DNA of 51,397 nucleotides from Thermoleophilia bacterium (GTDB lineage Bacteria; Actinomycetota; Thermoleophilia; Gaiellales; SKUG01): NCBI GenBank assembly GCA_025964435.1, contig JAOPYV010000169.1, positions 1 to 51,397 of the forward strand, read 5' to 3'. Shown piece by piece: positions 32,151 to 40,150 of this stretch (position 1 is its first letter; each line of letters starts with the position of its first letter). The notes under the pieces were generated by a model. It saw only the letters and a program-made list of their open reading frames with translations, ran no database searches and was not told where the DNA came from. The position numbers and the translations under genes were made by a program.

Positions 32151-33611
32151 TCACGTGCTCTGGAGCACGGGCTGCGTTGCCGCAGCGTAGTACTGGATCG
32201 GGCTCTGGGCCGGCTCTCCACTGACACCAGCGACGCCGGTCTTCTGCGTCGGGTTGCCGTAGGCGCTTCCGACGTCCGACTTCTGCGTCGGGTTGCCGTA
32301 AGCCGCAGCGACCTCGCTCTGGGTCGGGAACTGCTGGATGACGCCACCGTTGGCGCTGCCGACCTCAGTCTTCTGCGCCGGCGTCTGGCCGAACAACCCG
32401 AGCGAAGCGAGGAGCGCATTGGCCTGTGCCTCCACGCCGGCAAGGCCGTTGTCGTAGGCGGCCGCCACGCTGGACTGGCTCGGATCACCCTTGACGCCAC
32501 CGACGTCCGACTTCTGCGTCGGCGTGCCATAGGCAGCAGCGACGGCGGTCGTCGTCGGCGTCGGTGCCGGTGCGTAGGTGAAGAACTGCTGCTTCTGGCC
32601 GGGGCCCTTCTTGCCGCCAACCGAGCTCTGGGTCGGGTCACCCTGCACGCCGCCGACGGAGGTGAGCGTGCCCGTATCCATGAAGTTGGCAGGCTTGTCG
32701 AACTTGGCGACCTGGTCGACCAGGATGCCACCGGCGTTCTTGTTGATGATCGCCGGGAGCGGCAGCGTCTTGAAGTCAGGCTTGCCCTTGCCGGGACCGG
32801 TCACGCCGCCGACATCCGTCTGCGTGGGCAGCTGCTGCACGGGGCTGCCCGTGGCGCTGCCGACCTTCGTCTGGGTCGGATCGCCCTTGACGCCTCCGAC
32901 GCTCGTCTGCGTGGGATCACCCTTCACGCCACCGACATCCGTCTGCTTGGGCCCGCCCTTGTCGCAGCCGGCTTCCTTCTGCTTCGGATCACCCTTCACG
33001 CCACCGACATCCGTCTGCTTCGGATCACCCTTGGCGCCACCGACATCGGTCTGCTTCGGATCACCCTTGGCGCCACCGACATCCGTCTGCTTCGGGTCGC
33101 CCTTGGCGCCACCGACATCGGTCTGCTTCGGGTCGCCCTTGGCGCCACCGACATCGGTCTGCAGGGGCAGCTGCGTCGGCGTCTTGCCGGGCGCGCCACC
33201 ACCGCTGATGCCGCCGACTGCGGAGATGACCGACTGCAGTGCAGCGGTCAGCTTCGCGAGGACTGCTGAGAGCTCGTTCATGCCGCCGGTCGCACCGGCA
33301 ACTGCGCCGCCGCCAGCTGCGCCAGCAACCTGGCCGGGCGTCTGCGTCGGGCCCTGGGCCGGGGTCTTGGCCGGTGCGTCGGGCGTCTTGCCGGGCGCGC
33401 CGCCACCGGCCACGCCACCGACGGCGGTAATCAGCGACTGCAGCGCCGTGGAGAGGGTTCCCAGGACGGGCGTGATCGCCGCGAAGTCAGCGGTGCCACC
33501 GCCACCTGATGCTCCGGCGACCTGGCCCGGCGTCTTGCTCGGTGCCTGGGTGGGCGCCTGAATCGGTGCTCCGCCGCCTGCCGCGCCTGCCACTCCAGTA
33601 GTTCCACACAT
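32151..33611 (-). CDS. Gly/Thr/Gln/Pro-rich tandem-repeat protein
   Basis: ATG at 33611 after GAGGG; QTDVGGAKGDPK-type repeats; GC3-biased codons. Confidence 0.8.
   Translation of the reverse strand: MCGTTGVAGAAGGGAPIQAPTQAPSKTPGQVAGASGGGGTADFAAITPVLGTLSTALQSLITAVGGVAGGGAPGKTPDAPAKTPAQGPTQTPGQVAGAAGGGAVAGATGGMNELSAVLAKLTAALQSVISAVGGISGGGAPGKTPTQLPLQTDVGGAKGDPKQTDVGGAKGDPKQTDVGGAKGDPKQTDVGGAKGDPKQTDVGGVKGDPKQKEAGCDKGGPKQTDVGGVKGDPTQTSVGGVKGDPTQTKVGSATGSPVQQLPTQTDVGGVTGPGKGKPDFKTLPLPAIINKNAGGILVDQVAKFDKPANFMDTGTLTSVGGVQGDPTQSSVGGKKGPGQKQQFFTYAPAPTPTTTAVAAAYGTPTQKSDVGGVKGDPSQSSVAAAYDNGLAGVEAQANALLASLGLFGQTPAQKTEVGSANGGVIQQFPTQSEVAAAYGNPTQKSDVGSAYGNPTQKTGVAGVSGEPAQSPIQYYAAATQPVLQST
32838..33161 (-). 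repeat. Coding tandem repeat, 9 x 36 bp (12 aa)
   Basis: Unit CCACCGACATCCGTCTGCTTCGGATCACCCTTGGCG and variants. Confidence 0.9.
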
Positions 33612-33767
33612 GATGTTCGTCCCTCGCGTCCGTGCGCTGAGAGCCGGTGAGTGCTTCGAGGCGCGTCCAAACGCCCGTGATCGATGCAACCGACTCCTGT
33701 CCCACATCCAGATGACCATGAAAGGTCACAGCTGGCAATGGGGACGAGGAACGTCACTGCTGGTGCG

Positions 33768-34493
33768 CTATTGCGGGCCGAACAGTCCGTGCTCGAGCAC
33801 GCCCAGGTCGTGCCGGGCCGCGCCGACGTTGTCGCGGCCGCCGCCGATCGCGTTGAAGCGACCAGTCGAGGATTCGGGGAGCTCGCCCGCCGCGGTGCGG
33901 AACGAGGCAGCGGCGTCCTCGAGTCGGTTCACGACGCCGTAGGCGACACCGGCGTCCTGCAGGGCGGCGTTGTGCGGCAGCGTGCTGATGGTGGAGCTCG
34001 CGAGCTCGAGGTCGCTCGCCGAGGCGCGCAGCAGGCGCGAAGCTTCCATGGCGTGGCCGCCGCCAAGATCGACCGCGGCCGAGGCCTGGGCGCTGGCTCC
34101 ATCGACCAGCTCGCGTGCCTGCGCAAGACCGAGCGGCTTGCCGGCGATCACGCCGAGGCGATGCTCCGACGCGCGGATGCCGGCGCTTGCAGCATCGATC
34201 ACGGTCGACAGCTCCTTGGCGGTGCCGGGCAGGTCGTCGGCGGTGCTGGTCAACAGCTTGGCGGTGTCGTCGAGGCGCGTGTAGATCGCATTCGCCGTGC
34301 CGAAGTCGCGCATCGGCGTGTTGTGCGGCAGGGCGTGGATCTCGCCGCCGACGTGGCGCAGGTCCGAGGCGGTCATGCGCAGCAGGTGCGCCACGTCATC
34401 GACCGTGCCCGAGGTCACCGACTGCAGGCTCGACATGGCCGTGGCCAAGTGCCCACGCGACTGGCCCACGGTGAATGCGACGATTCCATTCAT
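33768..34493 (-). CDS. Hypothetical helical protein with internal duplication
   Basis: Two copies of LLRxxASDL-x6-IxxLPHN-x4-DxGxA-x5-RLxDxA. Confidence 0.75.
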   Translation of the reverse strand: MNGIVAFTVGQSRGHLATAMSSLQSVTSGTVDDVAHLLRMTASDLRHVGGEIHALPHNTPMRDFGTANAIYTRLDDTAKLLTSTADDLPGTAKELSTVIDAASAGIRASEHRLGVIAGKPLGLAQARELVDGASAQASAAVDLGGGHAMEASRLLRASASDLELASSTISTLPHNAALQDAGVAYGVVNRLEDAAASFRTAAGELPESSTGRFNAIGGGRDNVGAARHDLGVLEHGLFGPQ

Positions 34494-34573
34494 GACTGCC
34501 CCCCGGCATGGTTCCCCTGCCGAGGTATCGAGTGAGCAGCGCTGCGTGTCTCAGTGGATGCGCGGCGAGTGGA

Positions 34574-34960
34574 TCACCACGCGCCGCCGAAGGTCAGCGC
34601 GTGGAAGGCCTTCGAGAACTGCTCGCTGGCGGCTGCCGCGAAGCTGACGTTGCTGGGCTGCGCTGCAGCCTTGAGCAGCAGGTCAGCACCCTCGTTCGCG
34701 AACGTCGCCGCACCGGCGAGGTCCTGACCGGACAACGGCTCGTTGCCGAGCAGCAGGTCGACGGCATGACGCGCGGCTGCGGCACCCGCGGCGAAGTCGG
34801 CGCTGGTCACGGTGCCGGGCTTGGCGACCGCGAGGTTGGCGACGCGCTGCGCGGCGTACAGCTCGGACTGCGCCTCACGCAGCCACGGCTGCGGGAAACG
34901 TGCCATCGGCTGCATGACGGGAGCCGCAGTTGCGGTGACGGTGGGAAATGCGATTCGCAT
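34574..34960 (-). CDS. Hypothetical Ala-rich helical protein
   Basis: AGGAG RBS; co-oriented with neighbouring orphans. Confidence 0.7.
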   Translation of the reverse strand: MRIAFPTVTATAAPVMQPMARFPQPWLREAQSELYAAQRVANLAVAKPGTVTSADFAAGAAAARHAVDLLLGNEPLSGQDLAGAATFANEGADLLLKAAAQPSNVSFAAAASEQFSKAFHALTFGGAW

Positions 34961-35010
34961 GATGGTCTCCTGGAAGGTAGGTCGTGCGGGTCGGCTCGAA
35001 AAGCCGAGGC

Positions 35011-35421
35011 TCAGCGCGAGACGAGCTGGATCGCGTTGCCGAAGAACTCGGCTGCGCGTCCGGAGAAGTACTTGACCATCTCGGCCTGTCCCTGCACGGG
35101 TGCCGCGTCGGCGACCTCGGTGGCGCGGTGCAGGTAGCTGAGGCCCTCGGTGAGCTGCTCACGGACACCGGCGTACGGGGCGAAGCCCTTGTCATTGGAC
35201 GCGTAGGTGAAGAGGTTGATCGCACCCTCGGCGTGGCGCACGCCCTGGAAGGCGAACCAACCGGGGATCGTGTCGCTGGTCGAGCGCGTGACGGCCTCGG
35301 CGGCGCTCAGCGCGCGGCTCGTGAGGTCCTTGATGCGATCGGCGATGCCAGCGATGCGCTCATCGGAGAAGCCAACCTTCGGCGGAGCGATCGGCGTGGT
35401 GTTGCTGGGCGTGATCTGCAT
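35011..35421 (-). CDS. Hypothetical helical protein
   Basis: ATG at 35421 (alternative 35430) after AAGGA; GC3-biased codons. Confidence 0.7.
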   Translation of the reverse strand: MQITPSNTTPIAPPKVGFSDERIAGIADRIKDLTSRALSAAEAVTRSTSDTIPGWFAFQGVRHAEGAINLFTYASNDKGFAPYAGVREQLTEGLSYLHRATEVADAAPVQGQAEMVKYFSGRAAEFFGNAIQLVSR

Positions 35422-35518
35422 GTCAGACATCCTTGTCTCGGCGCCGCGCCCCTCCAGGGCGGCTATCGCGCGGAATGCTCTCACAACCGACGGATGTCGT
35501 GTCGCACACGTGCGCGAG

Positions 35519-38500
35519 TCAGCACAACGCTTCGTCACCCAGCAACTCGCGCAGCTCCTGGCGCAGGCCCGGCTCGATCTTGACGCGCCAGCCCTCACCC
35601 AGCCGCATGACCTGCTCGCCCTCCGCCATCTGCACGCGGAAGGTGACCTCTGCCTGACCGGGATAGTTCTTGAGGATCCGGCGCAGCTCGCTCATCGTGT
35701 GGGCGTCCTCGAAGGTCGACGAGGGTGCACGCACGGTCACGGCGTTGAGCTCGGGCGCCTCGTGCAGCGTCGAGACGCGCTCGGCCATCAGGTCGACGGA
35801 GCCGTCCTTCGCCTCGAGCCGCGCATCGAGGATGATGACGCGACGGTCGCCCTGCAGCTTCTCGCGCACCTGCTCGAAGACTGCCGGGAAGACGACGACG
35901 CGCACCGTCTGGCCATCCGTGCCCTCGAGCACGAAGAACGCCATCGGCTGCCCCTTCTTCGTGACGAGCGCGCGGTACTCCTGGACGATGCCGCCGACCT
36001 TCACCTTGTGGCGCTTGTCGATCCGCTCGCCACCCTTGCCGCGCTCCTCCTTGGGCGGGACGTAGCCCTCCTCCTGGACGCGGCGGTTGATGTCCTCGCC
36101 GAAGGCGACGACGTCGCCGATCGAATCGACGGTACGCGCTTCGATCGCATCGCGCCACTCGTCGATCGGATGGCCCGACATGTAGAGGCCGGTCGCCTCG
36201 CGCTCGAAGTCGAGCTTCTCGAGGAAGAGCCACTCCTGGCGCGCGATCGGCGGGAACTCCATCGCGAGGCTGTTCTCGTCGCCGTCCTCGGCACCCTCGC
36301 CGTTGGCGAGCAGGTCACCGAACAGGTCGTACTGGCCACTGGCCGCGTCGGCCTGCGTCTTCGCGCCGAGCTGCATCGCGCTCGGGATCGCGTCGTACTG
36401 GCCCTTGCGCGTGTCACCGGTGCAGTCGAACGCGCCGGCCTTCACGAGCGCCTCGACCACGCGCTTGTTCGCATGCTCCTTGGAGACGCGCTGGCAGAAG
36501 TCGTACAGGCTGTCGAAGGGCTTCTCCGCGCGTGCCTTGATGATCTCGTCGATCGCCGCGTGGCCGACGCCCTTCACGGCGGAGAGGCCGAAGCGCACCG
36601 CACCGTCGGGCATGACGCGAAAGTCGTGCACCGACTCGTTGACGTCCGGCGGCAGGACGTTAATGCCCATCTTCTTGGACGCGGAGACGAAGAACGGCAC
36701 CTTGTCCTTGGTGTGCATCACCGTCGAGATGAGCGCCGCCATGTACTCGGACGGGTGGTGACACTTGAGCCACGCCGTCTGGTACGCGATCAGTCCGTAG
36801 CACGCCGCATGGCTCTTGTTGAAGGAGTAGTCACCCGCCTTCTCGGCGTCCTCCCACAGGCCCGCCGCGACCTTCGCGTTGACGTTGTTGTTGCGGCAGC
36901 CGTCGAGGAACATCGGCTTGACCTTGTCGAGCACGGGGCGCAGCTTCTTGGCGATGCCCTTGCGCAGCTCGTCCGCCTGGCCGGGCGTGAAGTTCGCGAG
37001 CTTCCTCGCGATGAGCATGTACTGCTCCTGGTAACACGTGATGCCGTAGGTGTCAGCCAGGATCGATTCGAGCCGCGCATCCTCGTAGACGATGCTGTCG
37101 GGGTTGCGCTTGTTCGCCGCAAACGTCGGGATGTACTCCATCGGACCCGGGCGGTACAGCGCGACGAGCGCGATGATGTCCTCGAAGCGGGTCGGCTTGA
37201 CCTGCCGCGCCGCGCCCTGCATGCCCTCGGATTCGAGCTGGAAGACGCCGGTCGTGTCGCCGCGCGCGATCATCTCGAAGGTCGCGGGATCGTCGAGCGG
37301 GATCTGCGTGATGTCGAGGTCGAGGTCCTTGGAGTCCTTGACGAACTGCTTGACCTTCTTGAGCACGTCGAGGTTGCGCAGCCCGAGCACGTCCATCTTG
37401 AGCAGGCCGAGGTCCTCGACGTCCGCCTGCTCGAACTGGGTCACGACCTGGTCGCCGTGCTCGCCCGTGCGCACAGGAACGATGTCAGCCAGCGGGCGGT
37501 CGGAGATGACGACGGCGGCGGCGTGGATGCCGGTGTTGCGGACCATGCCCTCGAGCGGCATCGCCATGTCGACGACGGCCTTGACCGTCGGGTCGGAGGC
37601 GTACGCCTTGGCGAGGTCCATGCCCTCGGCCATGTTCTTCTTGAAGCTCTGGCCCGGGCCGTCGGGGATCAGCTTGGAGATCTGCTCGCCGATCGCGACC
37701 GGGTAGTCCATCACGCGCGCGGCATCCTTGACCGCGGCCTTCGGCTGCAGGCGCCCGAAGGTCGAGATCTGCGCGACGCGGTCGGAGCCGTACTTCTGCG
37801 TCAGGTAGCGGATGCAGGCCTCGCGACCTTCCTGCGCGACGTCGGTGTCGATGTCGGGCATCGAGATGCGGTCGGGGTTGAGGAATCGCTCGAACAGCAG
37901 GTCGTACTTCATCGGATCGAGGTCGGTGATCCACGTCGTGTACGCCACGATCGAGCCCGCCGCCGAGCCACGGCCCGGACCGATCGGGATGTCCTGCTCG
38001 CGTGCCCAGGCGATCCAGTCCCAGGTGATCAGGAAGTAGGCGGAGTAGCCCATGCGCGCGATCGTCGAGAGCTCGAAGTCGAGCCGCTCGCGAATCTCCT
38101 GGCTGGGGTTGTCGCCGTAGCGGATTCGCAGGCCGCTCTCGCACAGCTCGCGCAGGTAGCTGTCAGACGTGTGGCCCTCAGGACAGTCGAACGGCGGCAG
38201 CAGGTTCTCGCCGAGGGTCAACTTGACCTGGCAGCGTTCGGCGATCTCCTCCGTGTTCGTGAACCACTCGAGCGGATAGCCGAGCGGCTCGAACTGGCGG
38301 AACATCTCCTCCTGCGTCTTGAACCAGAACTGGTCGGTCGAGAACTTGAAGCGCTTCTCGTCGGCCAGGCGCGCCTTGGTCTGGATGCAGAGCAGCGCGT
38401 CGTGCGGCTTGGCGTGCTCCTGCAGCAGGTAGTGCACGTCGGAGGTGATCACGAACGGCAGGCCCAGGTCCTCGCCGATCTTGCGCAGCTTGGTGTTGAT

Positions 38501-39085
38501 CGCCTGCTGCGACAGGCCGGAGCGCTCGTCGACGACGCCGTTGTCCTGGATCTCGACGTAGAGGTTGTCGGCGCCGAAGATGTCTCGCAGGCGCGCGACC
38601 TCGCCGAGAGCGGCCTTGTCATCGCCGGCGAGGATGAACTGCTGGGTCTTGGACGCCATGCAGCCGGTCAGGGCGATCATGCCCGTCGACTTCTTCTCGA
38701 GCTGTGCGTAATCCGTGCGCGGCTTGTAGTACATGCCGTTGATGAACGCGTCCGAGGAGAGCGACATCAGGTTCTGCCAGCCGACGTTGTCGGCGGCGAG
38801 CAGCGTCAGGTGGGTCGTCTCCGAGCGCTTGCCGTCCTCGAGCGCGCGGATCGACTGGTCCTGCGTGAGGTAGGCCTCCATGCCCAGCACCGGATGGATG
38901 CCAGCCTTCGTCGCCTTCTTGTACAGGTCGACCGTGCCGGCCATCGTGCCGTGGTCGGTCAGGCCGACGTGTTTCATCCCGCATTCGCAGGCCCGCTCGA
39001 TCATCGGACCGACCTTGTTCGCACCGTCCAGGATCGAGTACTCGGAGTGGACGTGCAGGTGCGAGAAGGAGGGAGCAGAAGCCAT
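35519..39085 (-). CDS. dnaE: DNA polymerase III alpha subunit
   Basis: HLHVHSEYSILDG PHP domain, GPGRGSAAGS, FERFLNPDRISMPDIDTD, YSFNKSHAACY, OB fold. Confidence 0.98.
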   Translation of the reverse strand: MASAPSFSHLHVHSEYSILDGANKVGPMIERACECGMKHVGLTDHGTMAGTVDLYKKATKAGIHPVLGMEAYLTQDQSIRALEDGKRSETTHLTLLAADNVGWQNLMSLSSDAFINGMYYKPRTDYAQLEKKSTGMIALTGCMASKTQQFILAGDDKAALGEVARLRDIFGADNLYVEIQDNGVVDERSGLSQQAINTKLRKIGEDLGLPFVITSDVHYLLQEHAKPHDALLCIQTKARLADEKRFKFSTDQFWFKTQEEMFRQFEPLGYPLEWFTNTEEIAERCQVKLTLGENLLPPFDCPEGHTSDSYLRELCESGLRIRYGDNPSQEIRERLDFELSTIARMGYSAYFLITWDWIAWAREQDIPIGPGRGSAAGSIVAYTTWITDLDPMKYDLLFERFLNPDRISMPDIDTDVAQEGREACIRYLTQKYGSDRVAQISTFGRLQPKAAVKDAARVMDYPVAIGEQISKLIPDGPGQSFKKNMAEGMDLAKAYASDPTVKAVVDMAMPLEGMVRNTGIHAAAVVISDRPLADIVPVRTGEHGDQVVTQFEQADVEDLGLLKMDVLGLRNLDVLKKVKQFVKDSKDLDLDITQIPLDDPATFEMIARGDTTGVFQLESEGMQGAARQVKPTRFEDIIALVALYRPGPMEYIPTFAANKRNPDSIVYEDARLESILADTYGITCYQEQYMLIARKLANFTPGQADELRKGIAKKLRPVLDKVKPMFLDGCRNNNVNAKVAAGLWEDAEKAGDYSFNKSHAACYGLIAYQTAWLKCHHPSEYMAALISTVMHTKDKVPFFVSASKKMGINVLPPDVNESVHDFRVMPDGAVRFGLSAVKGVGHAAIDEIIKARAEKPFDSLYDFCQRVSKEHANKRVVEALVKAGAFDCTGDTRKGQYDAIPSAMQLGAKTQADAASGQYDLFGDLLANGEGAEDGDENSLAMEFPPIARQEWLFLEKLDFEREATGLYMSGHPIDEWRDAIEARTVDSIGDVVAFGEDINRRVQEEGYVPPKEERGKGGERIDKRHKVKVGGIVQEYRALVTKKGQPMAFFVLEGTDGQTVRVVVFPAVFEQVREKLQGDRRVIILDARLEAKDGSVDLMAERVSTLHEAPELNAVTVRAPSSTFEDAHTMSELRRILKNYPGQAEVTFRVQMAEGEQVMRLGEGWRVKIEPGLRQELRELLGDEALC

Positions 39086-39171
39086 ACGCGGCATTCTACC
39101 TAGGGTTTCGGACGGGTAGCGTGTTGCTACTGGGGCGGCTCGAAGCCGCCGCGCGCAGTATCGTTTGGGGC

Positions 39172-39848
39172 ATGAAGGTCGAATCAATTGCAGAGCAGCT
39201 CTATTTCGTGACGGTGCACATTACCTCCGTTGGCAAACAGGCGGTCGCCACGGGCACTGGCTTCATCCATTACTTCCACATGGAGGACGGATCGCGAAAC
39301 GGTGTCATCGTCACGAATAAGCACGTCGTGGAGCCAGCAACAACGGAACTTCACATCAAGTTCCTGAAGGGGGATGGCGCCGGCGCTCCCGCCCTCGGTC
39401 GAATTGACGTGAGCTTCAACGGTTCACGTGAGACCGCATCACTCCTCGCGGGCCAAGCCGTCGAAAAGCCCGATCTCCTGCTGTCACCCTCGAACCCAAA
39501 GCGCGACCCAAAGCCCTTCACACTTACCCTCGGAGCCAAGATGGGACAGAAGCGAGGAAAGGGCCCTGGCTCATTCGTCGGTGACACGAAACAGCATACG
39601 CTGTCGTTCTACCGCGAGCTGGTACAGACACTTCGGGGTGGACACCGAAAGCGCCGCGCCTCGGCGACACTCCGGTCGAGCGGCAGGTGCCGACTGCGGA
39701 CGAGGATGGTGGCGGCATCAGCTTCCAGCCCGCAGGAACCGTCGCAAGCAGTCCCGAGCCATCGGTTACTGGATACACGATCGTGCCATCGACGCCGAAC
39801 GTGGATGACGCCGGATCGATCGATGATACGGCCCCTGTGACGACGTGA
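39172..39848 (+). pseudogene. Chimeric remnant: trypsin-like serine protease N-terminal fragment joined to a frameshifted C-terminal fragment of another gene
   Basis: GTGF and VTNKHVV protease motifs without the downstream GxSG; sense continues as WTPKAPRL... after a frameshift near 39636; less GC3-biased codons. Confidence 0.6.
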
Positions 39849-39873
39849 CCGAACATTCCCGACGCGCTACAAT
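39845..39873 (+). promoter_or_regulatory. Sigma70-type promoter for the putative antitoxin sRNA
   Basis: GTGACC (39845-50), 17-bp spacer, TACAAT (39868-73); no RBS or credible ORF downstream. Confidence 0.7.
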
Positions 39874-39879
39874 GACGAG

Positions 39880-39955
39880 TATCGATTGACTGCGGTGACG
39901 GCGACGTCACCTCCGTTGAGAAAGGGCCGGGGGTCTTCTCCCCGGCCCTTTCCGT
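39880..39955 (+). ncRNA. Putative antitoxin small RNA (~75 nt)
   Basis: Lies between promoter and terminator; GGTGACG-GCGA-CGTCACC hairpin; three segments complementary to the convergent peptide mRNA. Confidence 0.65.
39920..39952. terminator. Bidirectional intrinsic terminator
   Basis: Perfect 13-bp stem GAAAGGGCCGGGG / CCCCGGCCCTTTC with a 7-nt loop; short U-run on both strands. Confidence 0.85.
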
Positions 39956-39957
39956 CT

Positions 39958-40029
39958 TCACCGCCCCCGCGTCTCGCGGAGCACCACGATCAGCGTGACG
40001 GCGACGACGAGCAACGTGGCCAATGCCAT
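39958..40029 (-). CDS. 23-aa single-TM peptide MALATLLVVAVTLIVVLRETRGR, putative type I toxin
   Basis: Manual translation; strong SD GGAGGTG just upstream of the ATG; hydrophobic core plus basic tail. Confidence 0.7.
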   Translation of the reverse strand: MALATLLVVAVTLIVVLRETRGR

Positions 40030-40150
40030 GTTCACCTCCGTAGTCGATTGACTGCAGGCGATGGCATCCTTGGCACACGACTTCGTCGTTGCAGTCTTCA
40101 GGATGGCCCGCCACGATGTACGCACAGTCGTGTGACAATTGCGCGACGAA

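Noticed and set aside
32838-33161. 36-bp repeats as a CRISPR array
   Set aside because: Units are contiguous with no spacers, stay in frame and vary largely at synonymous sites; no cas genes.
35519-39085. Intein or split in dnaE
   Set aside because: Length (~1190 aa) and motif order are normal; no intein terminal motifs seen.
35207-39103. 1298-aa + strand ORF
   Set aside because: Antisense shadow of dnaE, expected from GC3 bias; no recognisable motifs. The same applies to 2588..4036, 3936..5417, 5309..7645, 10798..12243 and 16472..18793.
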